Positions 54,301 through 64,000 of a stretch of DNA of 64,000 nucleotides are shown piece after piece. A program made the translations under genes and the position numbers. Source of the DNA: Diplonema japonicum (Eukaryota > Protista > Euglenozoa: Diplonemea); contig OZ025665.1 of NCBI GenBank assembly GCA_964019335.1, forward strand, positions 558,001-622,000, in the 5' to 3' direction. Under the pieces are notes generated by a model, which was not told where the DNA came from, searched no databases, and saw only the letters and a program-made list of their open reading frames with translations. Positions within the stretch are counted from its first letter, which is position 1; each line of letters starts with the position of its first letter.

Positions 54301-56254
54301 AAAAAACATAAGAGACAAAGGAGGGCCAAATTAAAATAAACCCGATGTCCACGTGAGAGCTGCAAGGGGGATCAGTGTCCTCGGAAATGAATAGGCTGCA
54401 GCATCGCTGACCGTCTTACTTGTCGCTATTAAACACGGACCAAGATATGAAATCATCATTTTTTCTCTTTACTTTTTCCGGGGAGGGGCGAAAAAGAACA
54501 CGGATCAGTATATTGTTGTTGTTTAGGTTGATAAGTAGAATTGTAGTTTACCACTCGTCTTTCCCAAGAGGAAAAGGCGTCGTAAGTAGCGAATATTCTT
54601 ACTGATCATCATTTGGCTATGATAGCTGGGGTGGGATGGCGCAAACAAAACAAAAAAGAAGATGGTTTCAGTGTCCTCGGAAATGAATAGGCTGCAGCAT
54701 CGCTGACCGTCTTACTTGTCGCTATTAAACACGGACCAAGATGTGAAATCATCATTTTCTTTTATCGTTTTCTCCCCAAAATTCCCAGTTTGAAGAGATA
54801 CAAAAAAATCTCGATGTTCAGTGTCCTGTTTGCTCAAGGCAATCGAAGCATTGTGGCCCTCTTAAAAGCCGCTCTTAACACCAGTCAGAAAGGATATTGT
54901 CATCATAACATATTTTCATTTACTCCCTTTATTTTTATTTTTTTTGCCTGGTGCCCTTGTGGGTTGCCTTGTTGGGGATCAGTATATTGTTGTTGTTTTT
55001 GGTTGATAAGTAGAATTGTAGTTTACCACTCGTCTTTCCCAAGAGGAAAAGGCGTCGTAAGTAGCGAATATTCTTACTGATCATCATTACAGCAAAATAA
55101 AAGAATTGCTAAATTTCGGTGTGCGGGTGGGTGCTCATTGCTCAGGGAGAAATTCACATTTCTGCGGTCGCTGTCCGGCGTCTGCGGTGGCTATGTGTCG
55201 TGATAGGATGGACGGCATCTGGGCGAGAAACACAGCTTGGAAAAAAGGGTAAAAAAGAAATAGAAACTATCATGGGGAAGGACAAGAAGCTTTAAACACA
55301 AAGAGAAACAAGATTCAGTGTCCTCGGAAATGAATAGGCTGCAGCATCGCTGACCGTCTTACTTGTCGCTATTAAACACGGACCAAGATGTGAAATCATC
55401 ATTTTTTTGTTCTCTCTTTTTGTTCCCCTCCTGGTGGACAAAGAAGAAAGATCATCATTTGGCTATGATTGGCGGGGGGCGCTGAGACACAACAGTAACG
55501 AAGGAAAACAGAAAGAAACTGGAGGCAGCAAAAAAAAAACAAATAGTTTCAGTGTCCTCGGAAATGAATAGGCTGCAGCATCGCTGACCGTCTTACTTGT
55601 CGCTATTAAACACGGACCAAGATGTGAAATCATCATTTTTTTTCTTCTCTTTTCTTTTCCCGGGGGGGGGGGGGGGGGGGGCGAAGAAGAACACGGATCA
55701 GTACTTAGTTGTTGTTTAGGTTGATAAGTAGAATTGTAGTTTACCACTCGTCTTTCCCAAGAGGAAAAGGCGTCGTAAGTAGCGAATATTCTTACTGATC
55801 ATCATTTGGCTATGATAGCTGGGGTGGGATGGCGCAAACAAAAAAAAAAAAAAAAAAAAAATGGTTTCAGTGTCCTAGGAAATGAATAGGCTGCAGCATC
55901 GCTGACCGTCTTACTTGTCGCTATTAAACACGGACCAAGATATGAAATCATCATTGTTCTTTTTTTGTTCTGATTGCAACACACGGGAAAAACGGATCAG
56001 TACTTAGTTGTTGTTTAGGTTGATAAGTAGAATTGTAGTTTACCACTCGTCTTTCCCAAGAGGAAAAGGCGTCGTAAGTAGCGAATATTCTTACTGATCA
56101 TCATTTGTACGGCAAGAAAACAAAGTTTTATGTATCCTTCTTCTTCCCCCCTCCCCTTCTTTAACCACACCGGAGAAAGCTCCCAATTGCAATAGATATT
56201 GCCAGAAGGATAGGGTTCAGCAAGAAGCCTCTCAGCGATGCTCGGACTTGCCAT
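51381..56254 (-). CDS. Ankyrin-repeat protein with SH2-like segment (exons 56254-56171 and 53462-51381); host gene of snoRNA array 3
   Basis: Ankyrin motifs GYRALHCALLH, ADPNLLDALGYPPLHYSI and SPLHLVL. Phase-0 join CCG|GTGTGG (56170) to ACACAG| (53463) gives MASPSIAERLL...WELSP-IPLLPCSMF. Exon 1 is an inference. Confidence 0.75.
53532..56104 (-). ncRNA. Intronic polycistronic box C/D snoRNA array 3 (6 A, 5 B, 1 C, 1 D) with an embedded SSU rRNA fragment
   Basis: Left ends: A 53532, 54372, 54668, 55315, 55549, 55867; B 53691, 54505, 54979, 55698, 55997; C 54190; D 54818. Confidence 0.92.
53869..54134 (-). pseudogene. 18S (SSU) rRNA fragment, post-V4 to V5 region, non-functional
   Basis: Minus strand AATAGGGAC...AGAGGTGAAATTCTTAGA...GCGAAAGCATT...TTCATTAATCAAGAACG...AGATACCGTCGTAGTC...TAAACGATGCC...GGGGGAGTAC. 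Lacks the conserved ~10-nt (R)AAGATGATC between two GATC at about 54001-54005. Confidence 0.92.
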
Positions 56255-56447
56255 CTCCCTCCCTGACCCCCCTCCCCTTTATTTTTTATTTTTACAGATT
56301 TTTTGGACAGGGGGGGGGGGGGGGAAAGGGAAGAAAAAAAAAAGAACTACACGGGAGAAAGCCACTAAGTTGGGGGAGGGGAGACCCCTTCGCTTCCCTG
56401 TGGAAACAGGAAGAAGCTTAAAGAAGAAGAAAGGCCATCCGCTTGGG

Positions 56448-59400
56448 TCACCTTCCCACCAAAACTGAACGGGTTGCAGTGAGCAGAGCCTCGTCGACAA
56501 CAGGTTGCTCGCCCCCACGACTGCCAGCCACCAAGTTGAATAGTTTCCTGTAATGCACCGGGGGCAGGTGATGCACCGAAGACTCTTGAGGACGTGTGCC
56601 TGCAGCACGTTTCTCCGCCCCGTTGAGCACTGGCCCCAACGGCCGGAACGGCACTTTAGGGGCGGGGATGGCCTGCCCCTTTGGATTGGCCAACGCAGGC
56701 AGCCGCGACTTCGCTCCTTTACTCATCATGACTTTACAAAATTCATCCCACTCAGAGTACACAAGCCCAAGTCCTTCAGGTGGAATGCTGTTACAGCGTC
56801 TAACTGACATATACAAAGGGCGGTTTGCAGGCAACACAGTCGCTGGTGTGGCACAACGCTTTCCCGGAAACGGCACCAGTTTCCCCTTTTTCTTGCGGAT
56901 CTGTTTATTCTTGACTGTTTTCCGTGCTTGTACAGGAGGGTCCTGCTCCTCCCCTTTCGCGTCCAGCTGCTGGCTGTGCGCCATACTATACAACTGCCGC
57001 AAAGGGTACAACGTGCTCCCTTCGGGCACTTTAAAACTCTCAAGCAGTATTTTGTAGTTATAAGGTTTATCATTGCAAGGCGGTGGCGCGGACACCGACC
57101 CTGGTATGATACGCGTGAGCCTAGTGTGGAGCCTCTTCATCTCCTGTCGGAGGTACGCTTGAAAGGCTTGCTGTTGGTCATAAGCACGGGACGAACGTCT
57201 TTGGAAAGAAACGTTTCTGTCGCTCAGACTGTCGTTGGTGGGGGGGCTGTTCAGACACTTTGCTAGAAGCTCCACAGTGTCGTCTGGTTCAGCGATCTTG
57301 CCCTCTTCGGTGATGTCAGAAGAGTGCCGTGTGCCTGTTGTCCGGTAACGGTCCTTGCCGTGGTACAGGTTGATGCCCCAGAACGCGTCGCCGTCTTTCG
57401 AAAGCATTCCCAGATGGTTCCCCTCCACACCCCACACGTTCACAACACAGTCCCCGACGGTGATGACGCAGTGCGCTGTTTCGCTGTCGTTGCCAAGTGC
57501 ATGAAGCTCCTTCAAAGGTGTTGTATGTGGGCATGCCCATGAGTGGGACAGCTGGAGATGCATTGTCGGGTCGTCCTCAGTCGATGTGATGAAAAATGTA
57601 TCCGACGTGCCCCCCTTGCTAGGTCCTGCGTGGTACGCGTTCACTGTTCCTGTGTCGTCTGCTGCGTAGAGAAGGCAGTACTGTACATTCCAAGCCAGTT
57701 GTGTGATGGTTGGTGTGTATTGCTTGTCGCTTGGGTGGTCCGCAACGAACCTGGACAGGAGCAAAGGGGTGTTCGAGGCTTCGGGGAGCGCCCAGATGTG
57801 AATGCCTCCTGTTGTGTCGGCTACGGCGAACATGAAGAACGGGTCTAGAAAGCATAAAGCAGTCACGGGTTGTCCAGATGGCCTGCTCACACATGTTGCA
57901 AGCCGTTTCCACCCGTCGATCTCATAAGCGCAAACCTCGTTGCACCCGCTTCCAGTTAAGAAATATTTTTGGCTTCCGTCAACGGCCATTTTGCGGACGT
58001 CGACTCTCCTGTCGCGACCCTTGCTCAAGGGCAGGCCCTTCAGACCGTCGGGGCCGTGCGTCACGATCTGCAGCGAGCCGTCCTCGGCAACCGCCGCCAT
58101 CGTCTTGTCGACCAACATCTGCATCAACGACACGCGGAACCCGCTAGGGTGCGGCCAGGACAACAACGTTTTCCCGGTGAAACCGTTGCAACACACAACC
58201 TTGCCACTAATGGTGCCTAGATAGATGTACCCCGCGTCGTGTGAAACACACAGACTGCAGATATCATCGTTCACACATTTATCGAATATGTGCAGAGGCT
58301 GTCCTGTTTGGCTGCACCAAATCCGGACCTCTGTTCTCGCGGTTGTGACGAATATCTTTCTGGACACAATGTAGGAAAGGTTTGTGACAAGATAGTCCGC
58401 AGCGGTGTGGGGGTCGGTGTTCCGTTCCCGTACGTTGTGTTCGCAGACGTACACCTTCCGCGCGGCGGCCGTGATGAACTGCCTGCGACGCTCGTTGTAA
58501 GCACCCGCGTTCCATTCCACACCAACATGGCTGGGAAGCGACACTTCACATTGAAACGTCTGCACGCATACAACCCGGCGAAGACACCATACCTTCGCCA
58601 TACCCTTTTTGTCGAGAGAGACAACATGCGATGTGTAAGGAATGGATATGACCGACGTGATGGTGTGAGCATGCGGGGCACGGCCGTCGCGAAGCGGGAA
58701 GGGCTTGGAGTTGACGACATTGACGACCCAACACAACGGTTCGTATTCCATCCCAGCGGAGATGAGGTAGTTGAACTGGGCGTTGTGCGCCAAGCACGTT
58801 ACACCCATTCGATGCCCAGACAGCCTTCTAATTTTCATGTTTTTTTCAGTGTTTATCAGAACAACATCGCCGTCCATTCCGCACGACGCAACATCCTTGC
58901 ATCCAGGTGTTAAAAATGCAACCCCCGTGACTGCTGCGTTGTGGACCTGAACAGACCACAGCACAACGGGTTCATGCGTGAGAGAATTCGGCGGGAGTTG
59001 TTTGTCGATGGCAGACACGTCCCACAATGACAACACCCCGTTCAATGTTCCAACAAAGAGCTTTGCAATTGACTTCGCCCACATAAGCATGGTATGCGAT
59101 GTGTCGCCCCTTATAACATACGCGCAATCTGGGCCGCATTGATGCTTTGCGGACAACGTGCATTGATACCCCGGTGCAACGAGCCTGATTTGGTTTCCGA
59201 TGAAATCGGATATTCTAACCCTTCCGTCAGAGTACGATATCGCAACATGCCCGCCCCATAGGTCGATTACGGTGAACGCGAGAACAGATCCTGCTGAGGA
59301 CTGCAACGGTATTGTCCGTCTTTGTTGCAGGGTGGCCTCGTCGACAACACGTAAAGATGTTTGTGCGTCTCGCATGCCGTCCTTCCCGAAGACGATGTAG

Positions 59401-60083
59401 CAGGATCCTGTTGGGTAGTGGAGGATTTTAATGGCTTTGTAGAATGCGGGTTCAGCACGAGAGACGACCATGGTGTATTCTTCTTCACCGTTGGAAGATG
59501 TTTGCAGCCGTCCCTTCATCATGGAGTCCAGCAGTACCACAATACACTCTTCCCACAGGACAACCCCAGTCCGTCCTGTGTCTATCGTTTTGAAAAACTC
59601 CCACAATCCAATTCGTAACAAGCCATCGTGTTCAAACACATCCACACCAGCAAAGGAACCATTTCCGTATTCGTGCATATATTTGTCCGCAAGAACGATC
59701 ATAGCGGTCTCGTACTTTTTGCTTTTCTCGGTGTCTTTTGGGGTTTCTTGTATTGTTCGCTCTGTGACACGTTCACCTGCCAGGGTGTCTAAGATTTCAT
59801 CCCTGCCCTCAACGCCCATCGAAGGGTCTTGCTTTAAAGCTTGCAGCACACCTTCAACGAAGGTATGTGGTGGGATGACCACCCCTAACCGGGCCTTCAG
59901 CATATGCAGCCGTCCTGAGAGACGTTGTATCAGCGAGACGGAAAACGGTCTTGTTTGAAGCTGTTTGATGCACTTCACCAAAACATGTGGAGCGGAGGAG
60001 GTAGATGCCGACGCCGATGGATCCGATTCAGGCTCCACCACGGACAGCCTCTGCTCCTTTTGCTGTGAGCTTTGTTGCGCCAT
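56448..60083 (-). CDS. EF-hand + WD40 repeat protein (WDR49/EFCAB8-like architecture)
   Basis: FKTIDTGRTGVVLWEE EF-hand-like loop followed by many WD repeats (LSGHRMGVTCLA, AHTITSV...KVW). Confidence 0.82.
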   Translation of the reverse strand: MAQQSSQQKEQRLSVVEPESDPSASASTSSAPHVLVKCIKQLQTRPFSVSLIQRLSGRLHMLKARLGVVIPPHTFVEGVLQALKQDPSMGVEGRDEILDTLAGERVTERTIQETPKDTEKSKKYETAMIVLADKYMHEYGNGSFAGVDVFEHDGLLRIGLWEFFKTIDTGRTGVVLWEECIVVLLDSMMKGRLQTSSNGEEEYTMVVSRAEPAFYKAIKILHYPTGSCYIVFGKDGMRDAQTSLRVVDEATLQQRRTIPLQSSAGSVLAFTVIDLWGGHVAISYSDGRVRISDFIGNQIRLVAPGYQCTLSAKHQCGPDCAYVIRGDTSHTMLMWAKSIAKLFVGTLNGVLSLWDVSAIDKQLPPNSLTHEPVVLWSVQVHNAAVTGVAFLTPGCKDVASCGMDGDVVLINTEKNMKIRRLSGHRMGVTCLAHNAQFNYLISAGMEYEPLCWVVNVVNSKPFPLRDGRAPHAHTITSVISIPYTSHVVSLDKKGMAKVWCLRRVVCVQTFQCEVSLPSHVGVEWNAGAYNERRRQFITAAARKVYVCEHNVRERNTDPHTAADYLVTNLSYIVSRKIFVTTARTEVRIWCSQTGQPLHIFDKCVNDDICSLCVSHDAGYIYLGTISGKVVCCNGFTGKTLLSWPHPSGFRVSLMQMLVDKTMAAVAEDGSLQIVTHGPDGLKGLPLSKGRDRRVDVRKMAVDGSQKYFLTGSGCNEVCAYEIDGWKRLATCVSRPSGQPVTALCFLDPFFMFAVADTTGGIHIWALPEASNTPLLLSRFVADHPSDKQYTPTITQLAWNVQYCLLYAADDTGTVNAYHAGPSKGGTSDTFFITSTEDDPTMHLQLSHSWACPHTTPLKELHALGNDSETAHCVITVGDCVVNVWGVEGNHLGMLSKDGDAFWGINLYHGKDRYRTTGTRHSSDITEEGKIAEPDDTVELLAKCLNSPPTNDSLSDRNVSFQRRSSRAYDQQQAFQAYLRQEMKRLHTRLTRIIPGSVSAPPPCNDKPYNYKILLESFKVPEGSTLYPLRQLYSMAHSQQLDAKGEEQDPPVQARKTVKNKQIRKKKGKLVPFPGKRCATPATVLPANRPLYMSVRRCNSIPPEGLGLVYSEWDEFCKVMMSKGAKSRLPALANPKGQAIPAPKVPFRPLGPVLNGAEKRAAGTRPQESSVHHLPPVHYRKLFNLVAGSRGGEQPVVDEALLTATRSVLVGR

Positions 60084-60332
60084 TTCTCCCAACCCTCCCC
60101 CTCCCTCTTTTTTGAAAGACTATTATTTTTTAGTAGGGGGACAAAAAAAAGACGGCAAATTTTCATCCCATTGTATCGGTCCTTCCTTTTTTTTTGTGGA
60201 AACAAAAAAAAAAAAAAAATGGAGCAACGGGCGGGGGGCGGTGGGGGAGAGGGAAGAGGAGGAGAATACAACCCTTTTTTGTGTGTGTTCCCCCCCACCC
60301 CGATATAAGTTTTCTTCCATATAAAAAAAAGT

Positions 60333-62092
60333 CTATCGCATAACAAGCTTGTCACCGCACCCGGCGCAGTATTTTCCGCCTTGGTGTTCCTGGGTTGTTG
60401 TGTTAAAAAAAAAAAAAAAAAAAAGGAACACCCACATACCCCGCAAGTCCTGCAGAAAGGTAAGATCCTTCTTCGCTGTGCAGCGTCGAAGGGCGACATA
60501 ACTTTACTGTTCAATTTTTCGCGCTTCATCGCTTCGACGAACTTCCTGTCCTTCCACGCTCGGAACATGGCCTGCACCCTGATGCACGCTCGTTGCATCT
60601 TGAACTCCTCGTCTGCGTCTTGCAGCTTATCCTTCCACAGGAAGGACACCCCCTTGATGAGGCCACCGTGCTCCACCCGTGCGGCTTCCTTATAAGCCTT
60701 CTGCGCGTCTTGCAGTTCAAATATTTCGCTGTAAAAGTCGCCGAGTGCCTTGTGCTGTTTTGCGAGGGATTTTGCAGTGCTGCCTTCTGTTTGCGATATG
60801 TACTCAATGAGCTGCAATCTTGCTTTTCTAGCAAGCCATGTGTAGTGGATCTTCAGTGCCGATCCTATTGGGTACTCCCGCATGGTATGCCAGTAGATGC
60901 TGGCCAACATGTTGAGGACATCGGACAGCTGTGTCCTGAGAAACTCCGGTCTTGCCTCGACGTTCTTCTTCCATTTTTTTTCGTAGTGTCCGAAGGCGAG
61001 TTCCTGTTGTTCCTCAGGGGGCTCTTGAGGGGTTGGGGTTGTTTTCGATGATTTTTTAGATGATTTTCGCTCCGGGTCGAATGATGGAGGCGGGGCGTCG
61101 TCAGCAGTGGTAAACATGGCCGCACACATACCAACCCCTTCACGGCTACCCGATGCAGCAAGCAAGTTGAACACCATACCAGACTGTCGTCGAGAGGCAC
61201 GCCGTGACGGGGCGTTACTACTGACAGCCCGGCTTGCACGGCGTGAGGGAGCATTGCTTGCTCTTCTAGAGACCTCTTTCGATATAAAACTCGCAATCGG
61301 TTTATCTTCGACACAAGGCGAAAGCGGGGCATCCGCCTCTTCCTCGTTGACTGTCACCGCGCATTCCAACTGCAACAACGGTCTTTTAATCTTTTGCGTC
61401 GAAAGCGAGACACGCCGTTTCCGTGCAGAATGCATCTGTGGAGAGCCTTGCCCGCGGATGAATGAGTGCATTGACAAACTTGACTTCAGCGGTGATTTTT
61501 CGGAAATAAGAAAAGGCGATGCGGGTGAAGGTGATGCGGGTGAAGGCGATGCGGGTGTCCTAGGCGGTTCACCAATTTGCGGTTGGATTTCAGGTTGGTT
61601 TTCATTGAGAAGGTCTTGTAAACCAACTTGTAGAAATTCGAATAACAAGTACTTGCAGTCTTCTAGCAGGCTAGTTGCTTCTTGGGACTGCGACTTGGCA
61701 TCTATGTCATTTGTTTCGTTTTCAGAACACCAAATGAGGAGCTTTGCTACCTCATAGTACGAGAGTGCTCTGACGTGGTCACCGAGGTCCTCGCAGAGAG
61801 ACATTGCTTCTTTCAGTTCGGTGATGCTTTCGCTCCGCTTGTTGATCTGCTTTCGCAGATATGACCTTCTTGTGTGGACTGTTACCTTGTCCTTCACCTT
61901 TAAGTCGAGGGCTTGTTCACCACTGAAGAACTGTTCGAAGAATGCAACGTGGGAGAATTGCATCAGTCCATCTTCCGTGGATTGATCCTCTTCCGAGCTC
62001 CCCATGGACACTGTCTCGAGTTCATCATCATTTTCATCGTCGTCGTCTTCTCTGTTCGATAGGTCCTTCTGCTTGCTGGACTTACATCCCAT
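60333..62092 (-). CDS. N-acylated TPR-like/IQ-motif protein with C-terminal zinc ribbon (intron 60439-60390)
   Basis: MGCKSS N-terminus and IQ motif ACIRVQAMFRAWKDRK. Splicing gives FCRTCG-EHQGGKYCAGCGDKLVMR*, replacing the homopolymer tail in the ORF track. Confidence 0.78.
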
Positions 62093-62304
62093 TATTTCTC
62101 CCCTTTTTTCTGGGGGGGGGGGGAACTTTTTTTTTTGACATTTTCAGGGAAAAAAAAAAAAAAAAAAAAAAAAAAACGAAGAGAGCCACACCGGGTAGCC
62201 TCGAAAGAAAGGAACAAAAAAAAAAAAAAAATAGACGAAAACGTTGCTACTGCACACTTTTTTTTTTTTCTTCTCTTTTTTTTTTTTCTTCTTCTTCACA
62301 ACTA

Positions 62305-63786
62305 TCACAAAGCTTTGTTTGCGAGGTACTGCCTAATCATGTAAAGGGTTTCACGGGGCTTGTAGCGAGGCGCCATGTGGCCGGCCCCACGTACGGTGGC
62401 GAAGGTGAAGTTGTTGGTAGTGTAAGTAGTGACGTACCCAGTGTACGGGATGGTACCAGGAGCGTTCCAAGGGTGCCAGTTGTCAGCGACAGTAAGGTTC
62501 ATGGAGTCGATCCAGCGCTGCGTGCCAACGTAAGGTACGCACGGGTCAGAGTCCCCGGAGTACTGAAGAATCCTGAAGTTCTTGATAAGAGTGGCCCTGT
62601 ATGTATCCACAAGTGAGTCCTCGCTGTGCGTGTAGTAGAGAGGTTGGAAGAAGTTGAACGAGGTCTTGCCAATGAGCTTCACATGCAGAGCATCCTGTAC
62701 CTCTTTGACGTTCAGCCACACATTGGTCGCGCGTTCCTGTCCACAAGCATACTCACCAGAGTTCAGGTCATATGCAGAACGAAGCCCTTTCCTTTGCAAC
62801 GCAGTCTCCCTGTCGGGTGCGTCCTTCGAACCCTTACCGTTCAGCGCCATGAGGTCTGGCTGGCAGTTGTCATACAAGAAGTAACCCCCGCCCATGTTAT
62901 AGGTGTCGCCTGCTTCCCACATCACAGGGCGGATCGGATCACCAAGGAGCGATTTGCACGGTTCAGGCGGGGCTTCAAATGTTCCCCAATGCCCTTTACA
63001 AGCTTCATTAATCTTCTTGTAGGTAGCATCCTTGATCATCCCATGCCCGAAGAGGAAATCGACAGATGTCTTGGTCCCGATCCAGCCACTGTATGGCGTG
63101 CAGGTTTCAACCTTGTTCCCCGGACAGTCGTTGCCCAGGGCGAAGCCTTTAAGGGACCACGGGGCGGTGTTCCTGTTCGCATCGGTACGGTGCGAGAGGA
63201 TCTGCAAAGCAGCGGTGGGGATGAGAACCCCGGCATAGCTTTCCCCAACCATGAAGAACTCGTTCGACGCAAGCTCGGGGTACGCCTTGAAGAAGTTCAC
63301 CATAAAGTTGTAGTTCACAACCGCCTGTGTTGAGTCGGTCCATGTACAGTTTTCTGTGCAGTACGAGAAGCCTGTCGGTGCAGGGTGCTCTACGTATAAG
63401 ACGTTCGCAGGAACAGTGTGCCAGCTGTTAGGGTTCAGGAAGACAGTAGGAATGCCCGACTTGGCGTACTCTTCGGTGTTGAACGAATCGTCATTCAACG
63501 TCAGCGGGCCGTGTTCTGTGAAGAGGCCCATCAGTGAGCTAGAGCCGGGGCCGCCGTTGTTCCACAGAATTGTCGGGGCCTTTGGGTCTTTGGCGCTGTT
63601 CTCCACCAGATAGTAGTGGAAGAAAGCGTCACCTCCAGCGGGGACCTCCGCCTTAATGTACCCGCTCCAGTGTCTAGTCGGTAGCTCCCCTTGCAGCCCC
63701 GGAACATTCGTCACCCTGTCGCCAGGAACCTCACCCATGGCGCACCCCACCGCACACCCGAACAGCAGTAGCGCTGTCTTTTTCAT
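62305..63786 (-). CDS. Serine carboxypeptidase (S10 family), secreted/lysosomal
   Basis: Signal peptide, WNNGGPGSSS, GESYAG (catalytic Ser), YSGDSDPCVP and VRGAGHMAP. Confidence 0.95.
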   Translation of the reverse strand: MKKTALLLFGCAVGCAMGEVPGDRVTNVPGLQGELPTRHWSGYIKAEVPAGGDAFFHYYLVENSAKDPKAPTILWNNGGPGSSSLMGLFTEHGPLTLNDDSFNTEEYAKSGIPTVFLNPNSWHTVPANVLYVEHPAPTGFSYCTENCTWTDSTQAVVNYNFMVNFFKAYPELASNEFFMVGESYAGVLIPTAALQILSHRTDANRNTAPWSLKGFALGNDCPGNKVETCTPYSGWIGTKTSVDFLFGHGMIKDATYKKINEACKGHWGTFEAPPEPCKSLLGDPIRPVMWEAGDTYNMGGGYFLYDNCQPDLMALNGKGSKDAPDRETALQRKGLRSAYDLNSGEYACGQERATNVWLNVKEVQDALHVKLIGKTSFNFFQPLYYTHSEDSLVDTYRATLIKNFRILQYSGDSDPCVPYVGTQRWIDSMNLTVADNWHPWNAPGTIPYTGYVTTYTTNNFTFATVRGAGHMAPRYKPRETLYMIRQYLANKAL

Positions 63787-64000
63787 TTTTTTTTTTTTGT
63801 TCTTCGACCTCCCTCCTCCTGTGTTTGCGTGATGTTTTGAAAAGTATTCAAAAAAAAATTTTTTTTTTTGCAATAAACATACAACGAGGGGTGGGGGGAC
63901 AGGGGGGGCAAGACCATTTTTCATGGACACTTGAAAGAGAAGATCAAACAAAAGGAAGCTGGTTTTAACGATTAGAAGAAACGAAGAAGGAAAAAAGAAA

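Noticed and set aside
59975-60332. Apparent overlap between the 59975-62092 ORF and the WD40 gene
   Set aside because: Disappears once intron 60439-60390 is removed; the true stop is at 60333.

Overview
Eukaryotic nuclear DNA, most likely a euglenozoan and probably a diplonemid. This is an inference from the unidirectional gene array, GT-AG introns, euglenozoan-type SSU rRNA fragment and kinetoplastid-type PKA-R motifs. About 19 protein genes lie head-to-tail on the minus strand, separated by poly(A)/poly(T)/poly(G) spacers, and most introns are 36-65 nt. Main observation: three unrelated host genes (a TRM10 tRNA methyltransferase, PDS5 and an ankyrin/SH2-like protein) each carry one 2.4-2.7 kb intron filled with a shuffled, polycistronic array of the same four near-identical box C/D snoRNA units (about 39 intact copies). 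Two units match U18 and U24. The arrays also carry passenger pieces, including a deleted 18S rRNA fragment and a duplicated long hairpin. In TRM10 the 5' splice site overlaps box C of the first snoRNA. Other items: a decayed piggyBac element (TTAA TSD, TIRs) in an intron of an mS26-like gene, a membrane-targeted triple-tandem nucleoside-type PKA regulatory subunit, introns with poly(A) rather than polypyrimidine 3' ends, and a candidate ~430-nt structured ncRNA. All gene models and homologies were read by eye; no searches were run.
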